This document shows positions 38,967 to 39,250 of a DNA stretch of 39,250 nucleotides, in pieces (position 1 is the stretch's first letter; every line of letters begins with the position of its first letter). The translations under genes and the position numbers were made by a program. The stretch spans positions 1 to 39,250 of the forward strand of contig JAITVV010000022.1 in the NCBI GenBank assembly GCA_031285625.1. Reading direction: 5' to 3'. Below the pieces are notes generated by a model. That model saw only the letters and a list, made by a program, of their open reading frames with translations, did not search any database and had not been told where the DNA came from. Origin of the DNA: Prevotella sp. Lineage in GTDB: Bacteria; Bacteroidota; Bacteroidia; Bacteroidales; Dysgonomonadaceae.

Positions 38967-39250
38967 CACTTAAAATATAAAATGTAAATCACTAATAATA
39001 AACAATATACACACAACCAAAAGCAAATGATATTTTTTATGTTTTATAACATAGATATAATTTATTATATCGCATTTTAAAAAATAGAGTTCTATTCTTC
39101 TAGAATCAGTTAACAACAGTCAATTAAAAAACTAAAAGGTGACAAAAGTGACACGTTCTATTTTCAAAGTGTATAATCATTGCTTTGTATTTTGCTGATT
39201 ATTAATATTGTACAAGATATTTGTCGTACCGTAAAAAGGTACAATAAACA

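Noticed and set aside
1-39250. CRISPR array, integrase/transposase, prophage or invertible-promoter system
   Set aside because: No regularly spaced repeats, recombinase motifs, phage genes or long inverted repeats around promoters were seen; all strong inverted repeats are short terminator-type hairpins.

Overview
AT-rich chromosomal window from a Bacteroidales bacterium. The evidence is the TAnnTTTG promoters, the tRNA-Glu/rpsT pair, the Bacteroides-type argF' and the DUF4290/rimM pair; Dysgonomonas-like is my inference. It is mostly core or housekeeping DNA: sucCD, rpsT, tRNA-Glu, threonine aldolase, aspS, aqpZ, two ECF sigma factors, proBA-argF', rimM, M23 and S41 peptidases, a GH95, and a Gfo/Idh/MocA plus DUF1080 pair. 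I saw no integrase, transposase, prophage or CRISPR array. The items most worth a second look are: (1) an HxGH nucleotidyltransferase fused to a compact Fkp/HddA-like GHMP kinase (15261-16397), followed by a translationally coupled, doubly frameshifted gene; (2) two paralogous acyltransferase-3 genes flanking an uncalled 58-aa, very basic ORF (28579-28755) inside the proB-proA-argF' operon; (3) a cytoplasmic/lipoprotein pair of ABM-domain paralogs on either side of an orphan GH95; (4) no murA between DUF4290 and rimM; and (5) several candidate cis-RNA, small-ORF and operator signals in intergenic DNA. All family calls come from motif recognition by eye; no searches were run.
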